DNA from: Candidatus Bathyarchaeia archaeon
GTDB lineage: Archaea > Thermoproteota > Bathyarchaeia > 40CM-2-53-6
Reading direction: 5' to 3'
Assembly: GCA_049513715.1 (NCBI GenBank)
Contig: JBEKVV010000001.1
Location: forward strand, 1-64,000
DNA: 64,000 nt
This document shows, piece by piece, positions 30,113 through 38,490 of the stretch (the stretch's first letter is position 1; every line of letters begins with the position of its first letter). A program made the translations under genes and the position numbers. The notes under the pieces were generated by a model. It worked only from the letters and a program-made list of their open reading frames with translations, did no database searches and was not told the origin of the DNA.

Positions 30113-30253
30113 TTCGCTTATGCGCCTCGAAGAGTATTAGTAGGGGAGTGGGTAGGAAGGTATTTAAGAGTTGTTGTGTAGCACATATCTACAATAGGGC
30201 AGTGTCTACGCGTGGCGCTTACAAACTTTCATATAGTCAGCAACAAGCGGAAT

Positions 30254-30646
30254 ATGTCACGGGGTATTCCCGTGAGCTCAAGGGCCGCAGACTCACTTCT
30301 CGTAGACCTACTGAGAAAGCTGAACCGCAACATGGAAGTTTTCTCTAGGAAATTGGATAAGCTGATCGAACTCCAACGACCAGGACAGGGGCCGGGTATA
30401 CACCCGCAAGGGAACATGCCCGAAAACCTACCCATGGACGTGACCACACTCCTCTCATTGCCCGACCACCTGCGCAAGTCCGCATTGTCCTTGGCAACAT
30501 TGGGGGAGGGGACGGCGACTGATATTTCAAAGGAAACGGGGCGAGTCAGGGCGGTGGAGAGTGATTACCTGAACCAGTTGGTCTCGATGGGTTTAATCAA
30601 GAAGAAGCGGAAGGGTAGGGACGTTTACTTCTACATCGAATCATAA
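30254..30646 (+). CDS. Coiled-coil plus C-terminal winged-helix DNA-binding protein
   Basis: TLLSLPDHLRKS...TATDISKETGRVRAVESDYLNQLVSMG..KKRKGRDVYF; start ATG 30254 or GTG 30272. Confidence 0.8.
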   Translation: MSRGIPVSSRAADSLLVDLLRKLNRNMEVFSRKLDKLIELQRPGQGPGIHPQGNMPENLPMDVTTLLSLPDHLRKSALSLATLGEGTATDISKETGRVRAVESDYLNQLVSMGLIKKKRKGRDVYFYIES

Positions 30647-30660
30647 TGGAGGATTGAGTC

Positions 30661-31434
30661 ATGACTAAGACTATGGCGTTTCATTCGTACAAGGGTGGAA
30701 CCGGTAAGACATCAATAGTTGTGAACCTGGGCGCTTTGTACGCTAAGCGGGGAGCCAACGTATGCTTGCTGGACTACGACTTTCGGGCCCCCAGCCTCAA
30801 CGTGCTCTTCAAAGCCAAGCCGGATCACTGGTTGAACGATTACCTGGACGGAAACTGCGGAATCGTGGATACTTTGGTTGATGAATCGAAGCGATTCAAC
30901 CTGCCCGGCAAGTTGTGGGTTGGCTTCTCTAACCCCTCCTTGGAAGCGTTGAAAGACATCATGATCAAGGACAGGAAATGGGAGGTCAAAGCCCTCACTA
31001 AGACGCTTGCGGGAAAGAAGGAGATCATCGAGAACAAGCAAATTGACTACCTACTCTTCGACACAAGCCCCGGCGCTCAATACTCATCCATCAACGCCCT
31101 AGCCGGAGCGGACCTGGTGTCCCTGGTCATGAAGGCAGATGAATTCGACCTAGAAGGCACCAAGGAACTGTCGAAAGGCGTCTATGAAGCGTTAGGGAGA
31201 AAGTCCGGCGTCTTGCTGAACAAGATCCCAATGGAGCAGATAGCTGCTGGCGGCGGCGCGGAGAAATTCGGCAAGCAGATAGAATCAGACGTGGGCCTAC
31301 CGTTGCTCGGAATGATCCCGTGCATGTGCGAACTTATGGCCATGGGTGGAAAAACAATCTATACGCTCGAGAAACCCGACCACACATTCACCAGATGCAT
31401 AACCGAAATCTCGGAAACCCTCAAGAAAACCTAG
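30661..31434 (+). CDS. MinD/ParA-family ATPase
   Basis: Deviant Walker A KGGTGKT, DYDFRAPSL, DTSPG, LNKIP; GGAGG RBS. Confidence 0.92.
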   Translation: MTKTMAFHSYKGGTGKTSIVVNLGALYAKRGANVCLLDYDFRAPSLNVLFKAKPDHWLNDYLDGNCGIVDTLVDESKRFNLPGKLWVGFSNPSLEALKDIMIKDRKWEVKALTKTLAGKKEIIENKQIDYLLFDTSPGAQYSSINALAGADLVSLVMKADEFDLEGTKELSKGVYEALGRKSGVLLNKIPMEQIAAGGGAEKFGKQIESDVGLPLLGMIPCMCELMAMGGKTIYTLEKPDHTFTRCITEISETLKKT

Positions 31435-31505
31435 ACCAATGCGGCCGGCTTCGTCGCAGAGTTGCAACGCTTAAGGGATTTGTTCAGTTGCGTTTAGCGA
31501 GCCAA

Positions 31506-31865
31506 ATGAGAATGCTACGCTATCTGGCGTCGGCCCTCTTCTGTGGAGTTGCCCTTGTCGGCCTGGGTGTTTCCTCGGACACGTCGGCATTGCAGGACGC
31601 AGGTTTGGTTCAGTTCCTAGAACCTGCGAATGTTACGGTCAACTGGCTGGAATCCAAGGCTTGCTTGGCTCTGCCACCTGACAATTACCTTACGAACTGC
31701 ACATACTTCGCGAGCATCAGGGCTCTCGAGGCTTTGACTGCTCTGCTCCTTGTGGTTCTGGTGGCTTATGGTGTGTTGCGGCGGAGGGCTGCAATCGCGA
31801 ATCGCAGGTCGGTTCATGTGGAACGTTCTAAACGTTTCTCGTACTCTTTCCTTAGGCTTTGGTAG
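31506..31865 (+). CDS. Hypothetical membrane protein
   Basis: Signal-like N-terminus, Cys pair, C-terminal TM followed by RRR; overlaps the end of the convergent gene. Confidence 0.5.
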   Translation: MRMLRYLASALFCGVALVGLGVSSDTSALQDAGLVQFLEPANVTVNWLESKACLALPPDNYLTNCTYFASIRALEALTALLLVVLVAYGVLRRRAAIANRRSVHVERSKRFSYSFLRLW

Positions 31866-32809
31866 GTTGACTCATCCACCTTGCCCATGCCACGCAATTC
31901 CTCAAGGCGTGCTATGACGCGGGCTGTGGCAACGTAGCCTGTGTCGGCTGACCCCTGCTTGAGTAGTTCATCCAAAACCTCCTCTCTCTGCGTTCGCTTC
32001 CTGGAGCGGAGGACAAGAGCGACCGCGACGATGATGACGATTGCTATCCCCACTAAGGCTGGCAGTAGCCATGATCGGGTTGATGGGCCGGCGGTCACGG
32101 TGACTTGCAGTGGCACCTTATGGTTCAACGAGCCTGATACGGCTAGGAGTGATACCGTGTAGTTCCCGGCATGGACGGTGCTAGAGACTAGGAGGGTGAC
32201 GCTTGCGCTGCCGCTGGGCACGACGGAAGCGGGGCTGAATTGGAATGTGACACCTGTTGGTGCGTCTAGGGCTGTGAGGTTGACGGCTTGGTTGAAGCCC
32301 CGCAGTGAGAGGAAGGTAAGGCTAAGCGAGGCGCTTTGTCCTTGTTGAATGGACACCGCGGTCACCGATGCTTCTACTGAGAAGTCGGGGGATGAATAGG
32401 CGAAGACTAAGCTCTGGCGTGCCGTAATGTACCCTGGTTTATCCGCGACTAAGAAGACCGTGTAGTTCCCTCCAGGAGAATCTGGCGAGATTTGAAACGA
32501 GTCTTGGAATATGCCGGCCAGGTTGGTGTAGGATATTGCGACGTGGATGCTGGTTCCTTGAGGGTTGTTGACTTGGATGGAGATTACGGCGTTTGGAACG
32601 GACTGGTTGTAGGTTTCGAAGACTCGCCCTATGATTATGACTGACACTCCCCGGTCAGTCTGGGATCGGTTGAAGGAGGTTTGTATGAGCATGTTCCGCT
32701 GCGCCAAAACTTGAAGGGGTGAGGCTATGGCTAGAATGACCAGAATGGCTGTTGCGCCATAAAGAAGTGGCGAGCGCAAACCCGATAGCCTCAACTTAGT
32801 AAGCCGCAA
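31814..32809 (-). CDS. Membrane-anchored surface protein (MG2-like and NEW3-like Ig domains, TM, SHOCT-like tail)
   Basis: DFSVEASVTAVSIQQG..GFNQAVNL; LEELRGMGKVDESTYQSLRKEY. Confidence 0.8.
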   Translation of the reverse strand: MRLTKLRLSGLRSPLLYGATAILVILAIASPLQVLAQRNMLIQTSFNRSQTDRGVSVIIIGRVFETYNQSVPNAVISIQVNNPQGTSIHVAISYTNLAGIFQDSFQISPDSPGGNYTVFLVADKPGYITARQSLVFAYSSPDFSVEASVTAVSIQQGQSASLSLTFLSLRGFNQAVNLTALDAPTGVTFQFSPASVVPSGSASVTLLVSSTVHAGNYTVSLLAVSGSLNHKVPLQVTVTAGPSTRSWLLPALVGIAIVIIVAVALVLRSRKRTQREEVLDELLKQGSADTGYVATARVIARLEELRGMGKVDESTYQSLRKEYEKRLERST

Positions 32810-32856
32810 CCGAAGCCTATTGTAGTTTGCTTCCAGTCTTGGATTAATCTAAGGAA

Positions 32857-33546
32857 TTGCGGAACTTGACGCTAGTCTTCATTCACGGCGCGGGCAGCAC
32901 TGGTAAAGTCTGGCATCTGCAACTCGCCCACTTCAAAGGGTCATTGGCCGTGGACCTGCCTGGCCACCCAACTGGGTCAGGTTGCACGTCAATCAAGGAC
33001 TATGCAGATTTCGTTGCAGACTACGTTGATAGGAACAGTGTCCAAGACCCAGTTCTTGTTGGGCATTCCATGGGTGGAGCTATTGCGATTGAACTGGCCC
33101 TGCGGGGCACTAAAATGGCTGGGTTGGGTTTGGTGGGAACCGGCGCAAGGCTTCGAGTCCACCCAGACATACTGCGGACGATTTCAGAGAACTACAGTGA
33201 AGCCTGCAAACTGGTTGCCAGATGGTCCGTCTCACAGAAAGCCGACGAGTTAGCAATAGACCAGGTCGCACAAGAAATGCTTAGAGTCCGAGCCGAAGTG
33301 GCCCACGGTGACTTCACCGCTTGCGATAAGTTTGACCGTATGAACGACATCGAGAAAATAGCCACGAAGACGCTCATTGTTTGCGGCGCCGACGACCGGC
33401 TAACCCCATTCAAATACTCGCGGTACTTGCATGACAAGATTCGGAATTCGAGGCTGGCAGTTGTTGCAGACGCTGGACACAGCGTGATGCTTGAGCAGCA
33501 TCGCCAGTTCAACGAGGCGTTTGAGGCTTTGTTGGCCTCACTATGA
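32857..33546 (+). CDS. Alpha/beta hydrolase
   Basis: FIHGAG, DLPGH, GHSMGG, DAGH. Confidence 0.92.
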   Translation: MRNLTLVFIHGAGSTGKVWHLQLAHFKGSLAVDLPGHPTGSGCTSIKDYADFVADYVDRNSVQDPVLVGHSMGGAIAIELALRGTKMAGLGLVGTGARLRVHPDILRTISENYSEACKLVARWSVSQKADELAIDQVAQEMLRVRAEVAHGDFTACDKFDRMNDIEKIATKTLIVCGADDRLTPFKYSRYLHDKIRNSRLAVVADAGHSVMLEQHRQFNEAFEALLASL

Positions 33547-34642
33547 CCCCCTCTTCCTGAAGCTTAGACCTCATTAGGCTGTGGACTCTGTCGAGGTTCT
33601 CCCCAGTCTTGATACTGACTGGGACAATGTCCTCATTGAGGAAGTACCTGCGAATCACCGCGATGGACTCATCCAATCGCTCAGGTGTGACCAAGTCCAT
33701 TTTGTTAGCGCATATGATGGTGGGTGAGGTTATTTCGAGTTCGCTCAAAATCTGAGCACACGACCGCACCTTCCTCTCCAATGGAAATCCTTCGTCGCTT
33801 GCATCGATGAAGAGCAGGACTAGATCGGCGGTGGTCAGTTCACCGAGGGTTGCGTGGAACGCCTTCAAAATGATCGGATGCATATCCTCAATGAATCCAA
33901 TGGAGTCGATGAGAATGTACTCCCCGGACTTCGAGTCGGGGTCGGTGTAGGCTTTGCGGGCGAAAGTGGCTAGGGTTGTGAAGGGGCCAAGGCCTACGGT
34001 TTTGTCTTCGTGTGTGGTGAGGTTGAAGAAGCTGGTTTTCCCGGCTTGTGTGTAGCCAGCTAGCCCGACGATTGGGAAGCCTAGTTCGCGTCTGTGGTCG
34101 CGTTTGAGCATCTTCTTCTTGTAGATGTCATCCAGCTCCGCTTCGATTCTGCTGATTCGACTTCGGGCTGCCCGGTAGTATTCCTGATACGGGTAATCGC
34201 CGGGCCCCATCCAGCCCAACTGTTCGCCCATGATGCCGCGAAGTTTGATGAACTCCCGGCCCCAGGATAACGTGTACTTGAGTTTCGCAAGCCGAATCTG
34301 AAGTTTAGCCTCGCTCGTGAAGGCCCTTTTGTCGAATACTTCTAGGATGAGGAGGTTGCGGTCTATGACGCGGACTTCGCCGCCTAGGAATTGCGTGAGC
34401 TTGAAGACGTGACTACTCGTGAGGGGATTCGCGAAGATTACCGTATCCGCGTCGTTGTCTTCGACCAGGCGTTTGAGGTCATTCAACCGGCCGGGTCCGA
34501 TGGTGTAGGAGTGGTGAACACTTTTGCGCTTCTGAATGAGCGTCCCAACAAGCTTGTAGCCAATGTTCTCCGCCATGGTCTGGGTTTCTTCTCCTAACGG
34601 GGGAAAGGCGGGGAGCTTCAACTCCACGATTACTGCTCGCAA
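33509..34642 (-). CDS. hflX: HflX-family GTPase (divergent motifs)
   Basis: IG.GRL, IDR..LILEVF..RA...EAKLQI.LA.LKY, GYTQAGKT, DSIGFI, NKMD. Confidence 0.88.
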   Translation of the reverse strand: MRAVIVELKLPAFPPLGEETQTMAENIGYKLVGTLIQKRKSVHHSYTIGPGRLNDLKRLVEDNDADTVIFANPLTSSHVFKLTQFLGGEVRVIDRNLLILEVFDKRAFTSEAKLQIRLAKLKYTLSWGREFIKLRGIMGEQLGWMGPGDYPYQEYYRAARSRISRIEAELDDIYKKKMLKRDHRRELGFPIVGLAGYTQAGKTSFFNLTTHEDKTVGLGPFTTLATFARKAYTDPDSKSGEYILIDSIGFIEDMHPIILKAFHATLGELTTADLVLLFIDASDEGFPLERKVRSCAQILSELEITSPTIICANKMDLVTPERLDESIAVIRRYFLNEDIVPVSIKTGENLDRVHSLMRSKLQEEGVIVRPTKPQTPR

Positions 34643-34770
34643 ACTCGCTTAATTCACCGAGACGCTCTTCACTATAGCCATTCGTGGTGCAGTATTTAGA
34701 GTACTCCGAATTCCATCGAGAAACAGTTGATTTTGCGTGAGTCAACATCTGTGAGCGGGCGTTGACAGGC

Positions 34771-35043
34771 ATGAAGTGTAGGGCCCACGTGTTTGTTACT
34801 GGCAGGGTGCAGGGGGTGTTCTTTAGATCTGAGACTGCTGGGCTCGCGCAGAGGCTTGGTTTGACAGGTTGGGTTCGGAACCTGGACGACGGCAGGGTTG
34901 AAGCTGTGTTCGAAGGCGAGAAGGAGGATGTCGAGAAGGCTATAGAATTCTGCAAACACGGCCCCGCTGGAGCACACGTGGAGGATTTAGATGTGAAACT
35001 TGAGGGCTGGAATGGAGAATTCCAAGGCTTCATCATTGAATGA
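34771..35043 (+). CDS. acyP: Acylphosphatase
   Basis: VTGRVQGVFFR, GWVRNL.DG.VE, GP.GA.V. Confidence 0.95.
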   Translation: MKCRAHVFVTGRVQGVFFRSETAGLAQRLGLTGWVRNLDDGRVEAVFEGEKEDVEKAIEFCKHGPAGAHVEDLDVKLEGWNGEFQGFIIE

Positions 35044-35160
35044 TGGCCACGCTTGTAGAGAACCTTGGATTTCGACGTTGTAAGTGTTACAGTTCAATCA
35101 TTGGGGTTGGGGGAGTTTAGATCAGGCCACTGGGAAACAGACGCGTTTCATACGCGGAAG

Positions 35161-35171
35161 AACTTAAAGTA
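35161..35171 (+). promoter_or_regulatory. TATA box of tRNA-Glu
   Basis: Purine-rich BRE followed by CTTAAAGTA about 25-33 nt upstream of the tRNA. Confidence 0.55.
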
Positions 35172-35195
35172 TGGAACCCTCTGCTTTGCTGCTGG

Positions 35196-35317
35196 GCTCC
35201 GGTGGTGTAGCCCGGTTAGCGGAGCGACGTCAAGCTAGACCGAGAGCATACCGGCCTTTCGCGGCACAAGCCAAGGAAAGTCGGTGATCGCGGGTTCGAA
35301 TCCCGCCCGGAGCACCA
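35196..35317 (+). tRNA. tRNA-Glu(UUC) with two BHB introns (35219-35244 in the D-loop; 35262-35278 at 37/38), CCA encoded
   Basis: Spliced cloverleaf GCTCCGG-TG-GTGT-AGCCCGGTTAA-GCAT-A-CCGGC-CTTTCGA-GTCGG-TGATC-GCGGG-TTCGAAT-CCCGC-CCGGAGC-A-CCA. Confidence 0.93.
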
Positions 35318-35344
35318 AACCTTCAAATGCGTGTCGGAGAAATG

Positions 35345-35400
35345 TTCCTGAGGATGTTCCTCTTAGGGGCTAAGAGGTTATCCTCTTAGGGCATCAGGAA
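35345..35400. repeat. Nested inverted repeats downstream of the tRNA
   Basis: CCTCTTAG(35359)/CTAAGAGG(35370)/CCTCTTAG(35382) inside TTCCTGA...TCAGGAA. Confidence 0.7.
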
Positions 35401-35453
35401 TTTTCACGTTGAGCGCAAGCAGCTAATTCTCCGACAGCCATCTTCAACCAAAT

Positions 35454-36452
35454 CTACGACGTCTTGGTAGGCCTACTTGCTAGCTCCTTCCAGCTTGGTA
35501 TGTTCGACATGCTTTGTGCGGCCTTTACACTTCTCACGACAGCCCGTGCTACGCAGCGTGTTGCTGTGTAACCCAATATATCCACCATACGTTTCGACTC
35601 ACGCATTCCTCCTATTCTACCTGTGGAAGCTGCGAACAGCGTGTCGCCGTCGCGGGATAGGTGTATTGGCCTTATCGACATTGCCAACCCATCGTTCGCC
35701 ATTTGTGCGAGTCGAATGAGGTTTTCGTGCGATAGGTCGACGTTTGTCGCCACGACGCCTATCGTGGTCTTGCTCCGCGGGATCTCTTCTTTCAGGTAAT
35801 CTGGAATTAGGTCGTCGAATTCGAGAAATCTTCCTTCTGGAGTTCTTGTTCCGGCGATCGTTTTCGCGTCAGTATCGATGTCGTAAATGTTTCCAACTGA
35901 ATTGGTTACAATCAATGCTCCAACCACTATGTCGTTCGGCAAGCGCACGGCGTATGTTCCGCATCCGCCTTTGCATGCGAAGTTCAAGCCTTTCAGTTTT
36001 CCAACCGTTGCTCCCATCCCCGCCCCCACGTTGCCTTCAGTCACCGGGTTGGAAGAGGCATTCACACTTGCAGAGTATCCCAGCTGGGAGTAGTCGGCTT
36101 CGTGAATTGTGGCGAATTCTAAGTCCCAAATGTTGGCGCCCACGATACCCGGAACCTTCCCGGCTCCGCTTGGCATAGCCAGTTTCTGTTCAAGGAGAAA
36201 CCGCCTTACACCAATTGCCGAGTCAAAACCGAACACGTCTCCCCCAGTCAAGAAAATTGCGTGCTTCTTTACGTATGTTTTCCCTATGTCGATTGAGTGG
36301 GTATCGTAAGTTCCCGGCCAACCTCCACGCGCGTCGCACGCCGTATCAGCTTCAGGATCGAAAAGAATCACCGTACAACCTGTTCGGGCTCGCTCGTCCT
36401 GCGCGTGGCCAACTTTCACGCCGTCCACGACCGTTAGAGTAGTGTTTGTCAC
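35454..36452 (-). CDS. P1/S58 (DmpA-like) peptidase
   Basis: GVKVGHA, TGCTV, RGG.PGT, EGNVGAGMGA, TTIGVVATN, DGDTLF. Confidence 0.92.
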   Translation of the reverse strand: MTNTTLTVVDGVKVGHAQDERARTGCTVILFDPEADTACDARGGWPGTYDTHSIDIGKTYVKKHAIFLTGGDVFGFDSAIGVRRFLLEQKLAMPSGAGKVPGIVGANIWDLEFATIHEADYSQLGYSASVNASSNPVTEGNVGAGMGATVGKLKGLNFACKGGCGTYAVRLPNDIVVGALIVTNSVGNIYDIDTDAKTIAGTRTPEGRFLEFDDLIPDYLKEEIPRSKTTIGVVATNVDLSHENLIRLAQMANDGLAMSIRPIHLSRDGDTLFAASTGRIGGMRESKRMVDILGYTATRCVARAVVRSVKAAQSMSNIPSWKELASRPTKTS

Positions 36453-36698
36453 TCAGTAGCCTCCGTCTTGTGGCCTGTTGACCTTGGACTTCATGCTTCG
36501 CGAAAGTGTACCTTTGGGAAGTATTTGTTTTTCCAACGCTGACATACTGCTCACGTTTTGTCTCTCTTGCCTCTTCTGTCAGACCTGTGGATGAACATTG
36601 CGAACAAAATTGCTCCAAGTACCTGCGCCAATTCGCGGTCAGCATGTATTATTGTATAGCTGTGGCGTAGAAGTTGCGGAGAGCCTCTGTGTTCGATA

Positions 36699-38144
36699 TT
36701 AGAGGCTGACATGTGCTGATGGAATCCGGTCACGCCAAGGCATGGCCTGTTCAAACCTGCTCGCCAGTCGAATCAGAGTGGCTTCCTCTCCAAATCTGGC
36801 CACGAATTGCACGCCGATGGGCAGACCGGAGTTGCTTTGACCGAGAGGCAGCGAGATGGCAGGTTGCCCAGTCACATTGAAGGGGGGCAAGTGCATGTTG
36901 ATTTCGTCGCCGAGCCGCATGAAGTCCACAAAGTCCAGGTCCGTGCGCGTGGTTGCGTATTTCCCAAGTGGTTCCGGGAGTTGCGACAAGGTCGGTGTCA
37001 ACAGCACGTCGTATTCTAGGAAGAATCGTCCGAATGTGCGACGCAACTTGTTTAGGACACGGTCAGCACTTATTATGTCTGCCATGTTCAAGCCCCGTGC
37101 GTAGCGGTAACACGATAGCGTCACCGGTTCCAATGTTTCTTCATTTACCTCTCGCCCCATTCGGGCCGCCAAGGAATCTATCATCACATCAAAGCCAAAT
37201 TCCCAAGGGACACATAGGGCGCGCAGGTATTCTTCATAATCAAAAACGGGCGTGGCCTCGACGACTTGGTGTCCCATCTCGTCACACTTTGCCGCGACTT
37301 GCTCCACAAGTCTTACCACCTCGGGATGCACAACAGTTCCGGGTTGCCATGGCTGCGCCGTCCAAGCGACACGTAACTTGCCTGAGGAGACATTCACTTC
37401 TTGGCGGTAAGGCCGCTGTGGTTGCACTATTACGAAGGGGTCGCCCGGCGCCGGTTGCGACACGGCATCTAGCATCACGGCTATGTCCCTCACAGTCCGG
37501 CTGACAGCAAACTCCTGCACCATTCCATCGAGACGTTCGGCAGAATCAGGCCCCTGCGTTACGCGACCGCGCGAGGGTTTCAGGCCTACGAGGCCGCATG
37601 CACTAGCTGGAATGCGGATTGATCCCGCTCCATCACTGGCATGCGCTATAGGTATGATACCAGCCGCCACACTGGCTGCGGCTCCTCCACTGGAACCACC
37701 AGCCAGCATTTCCAGATTCCAAGGGTTTCGTGTCGCGCCCGTCAAAATAGATTCAGTTGTGCCCGCCAAACCAAATTCCGGTGTAGCGGAGCGCCCTAAG
37801 AGAGTCAAACCCGCCTGCTTGAAACGCGTCGTCAAAAATGAGTCCTTGTCGGCAACGTACCCCTTCATCAAGCGGGAGCCGCATTCCTGCCGCTTCCCGT
37901 TTTCGGTGGCGCCAAGGTCCTTCAGCAAGAATGGCACGCCGGCGAACGGGCCAGTAGGCAGGGGCCTGTCTTTCAGCGCTTCAACGCGTTCCGCGTACGT
38001 CTCGATAACCGCATTGATTTTCGGGTTAACCTTCTCTACGGCTATCAGAAAAAGCCGCCCCAGCTCCTTCGCGGTCACCTGCTTTCTCTTCACCAACTCG
38101 GCCAAACCGACGGCGTCATACTGGGCATATTCTGAAAGATCCAT
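36699..38144 (-). CDS. Amidase signature family enzyme
   Basis: GVPFLLKD, GGSSGG, SDGAGSIRIPASACG, NVTGQPAISLP. Confidence 0.96.
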   Translation of the reverse strand: MDLSEYAQYDAVGLAELVKRKQVTAKELGRLFLIAVEKVNPKINAVIETYAERVEALKDRPLPTGPFAGVPFLLKDLGATENGKRQECGSRLMKGYVADKDSFLTTRFKQAGLTLLGRSATPEFGLAGTTESILTGATRNPWNLEMLAGGSSGGAAASVAAGIIPIAHASDGAGSIRIPASACGLVGLKPSRGRVTQGPDSAERLDGMVQEFAVSRTVRDIAVMLDAVSQPAPGDPFVIVQPQRPYRQEVNVSSGKLRVAWTAQPWQPGTVVHPEVVRLVEQVAAKCDEMGHQVVEATPVFDYEEYLRALCVPWEFGFDVMIDSLAARMGREVNEETLEPVTLSCYRYARGLNMADIISADRVLNKLRRTFGRFFLEYDVLLTPTLSQLPEPLGKYATTRTDLDFVDFMRLGDEINMHLPPFNVTGQPAISLPLGQSNSGLPIGVQFVARFGEEATLIRLASRFEQAMPWRDRIPSAHVSL

Positions 38145-38490
38145 TTCGAACGCCTTGATTGAATCGATTTGAGCGGGTTATGATGAGGCTCACTAAAATC
38201 CTGAACGGTATCTTGTGGTTGAACAGTTGATGGCATCGTCGAGAGTCCTTCGTGGCGCCTCATCAAGAAGGAACAATAATGCGGCCAAACTCTCGTTCGT
38301 CATCATCGCCGGATTAGTCGGTCCAGCAAACTTGCAATCGGGTGATGGCTGGGAATTTCCCTTTCAAGGCTTGTTTGTGTGGCGATGATCTACAGCGTCA
38401 GCACCCCGACTGGGTATATAGTGTATGTGTGAAAGAGCTATACCGCCAGCGCTCACTGTACTGCTTTCTTGAAAATGTCTGGTGATTTAA

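Noticed and set aside
37483..38172. Long antisense ORFs over the amidase (and similarly over dppC, sufB and others)
   Set aside because: Shadow frames of well-supported genes
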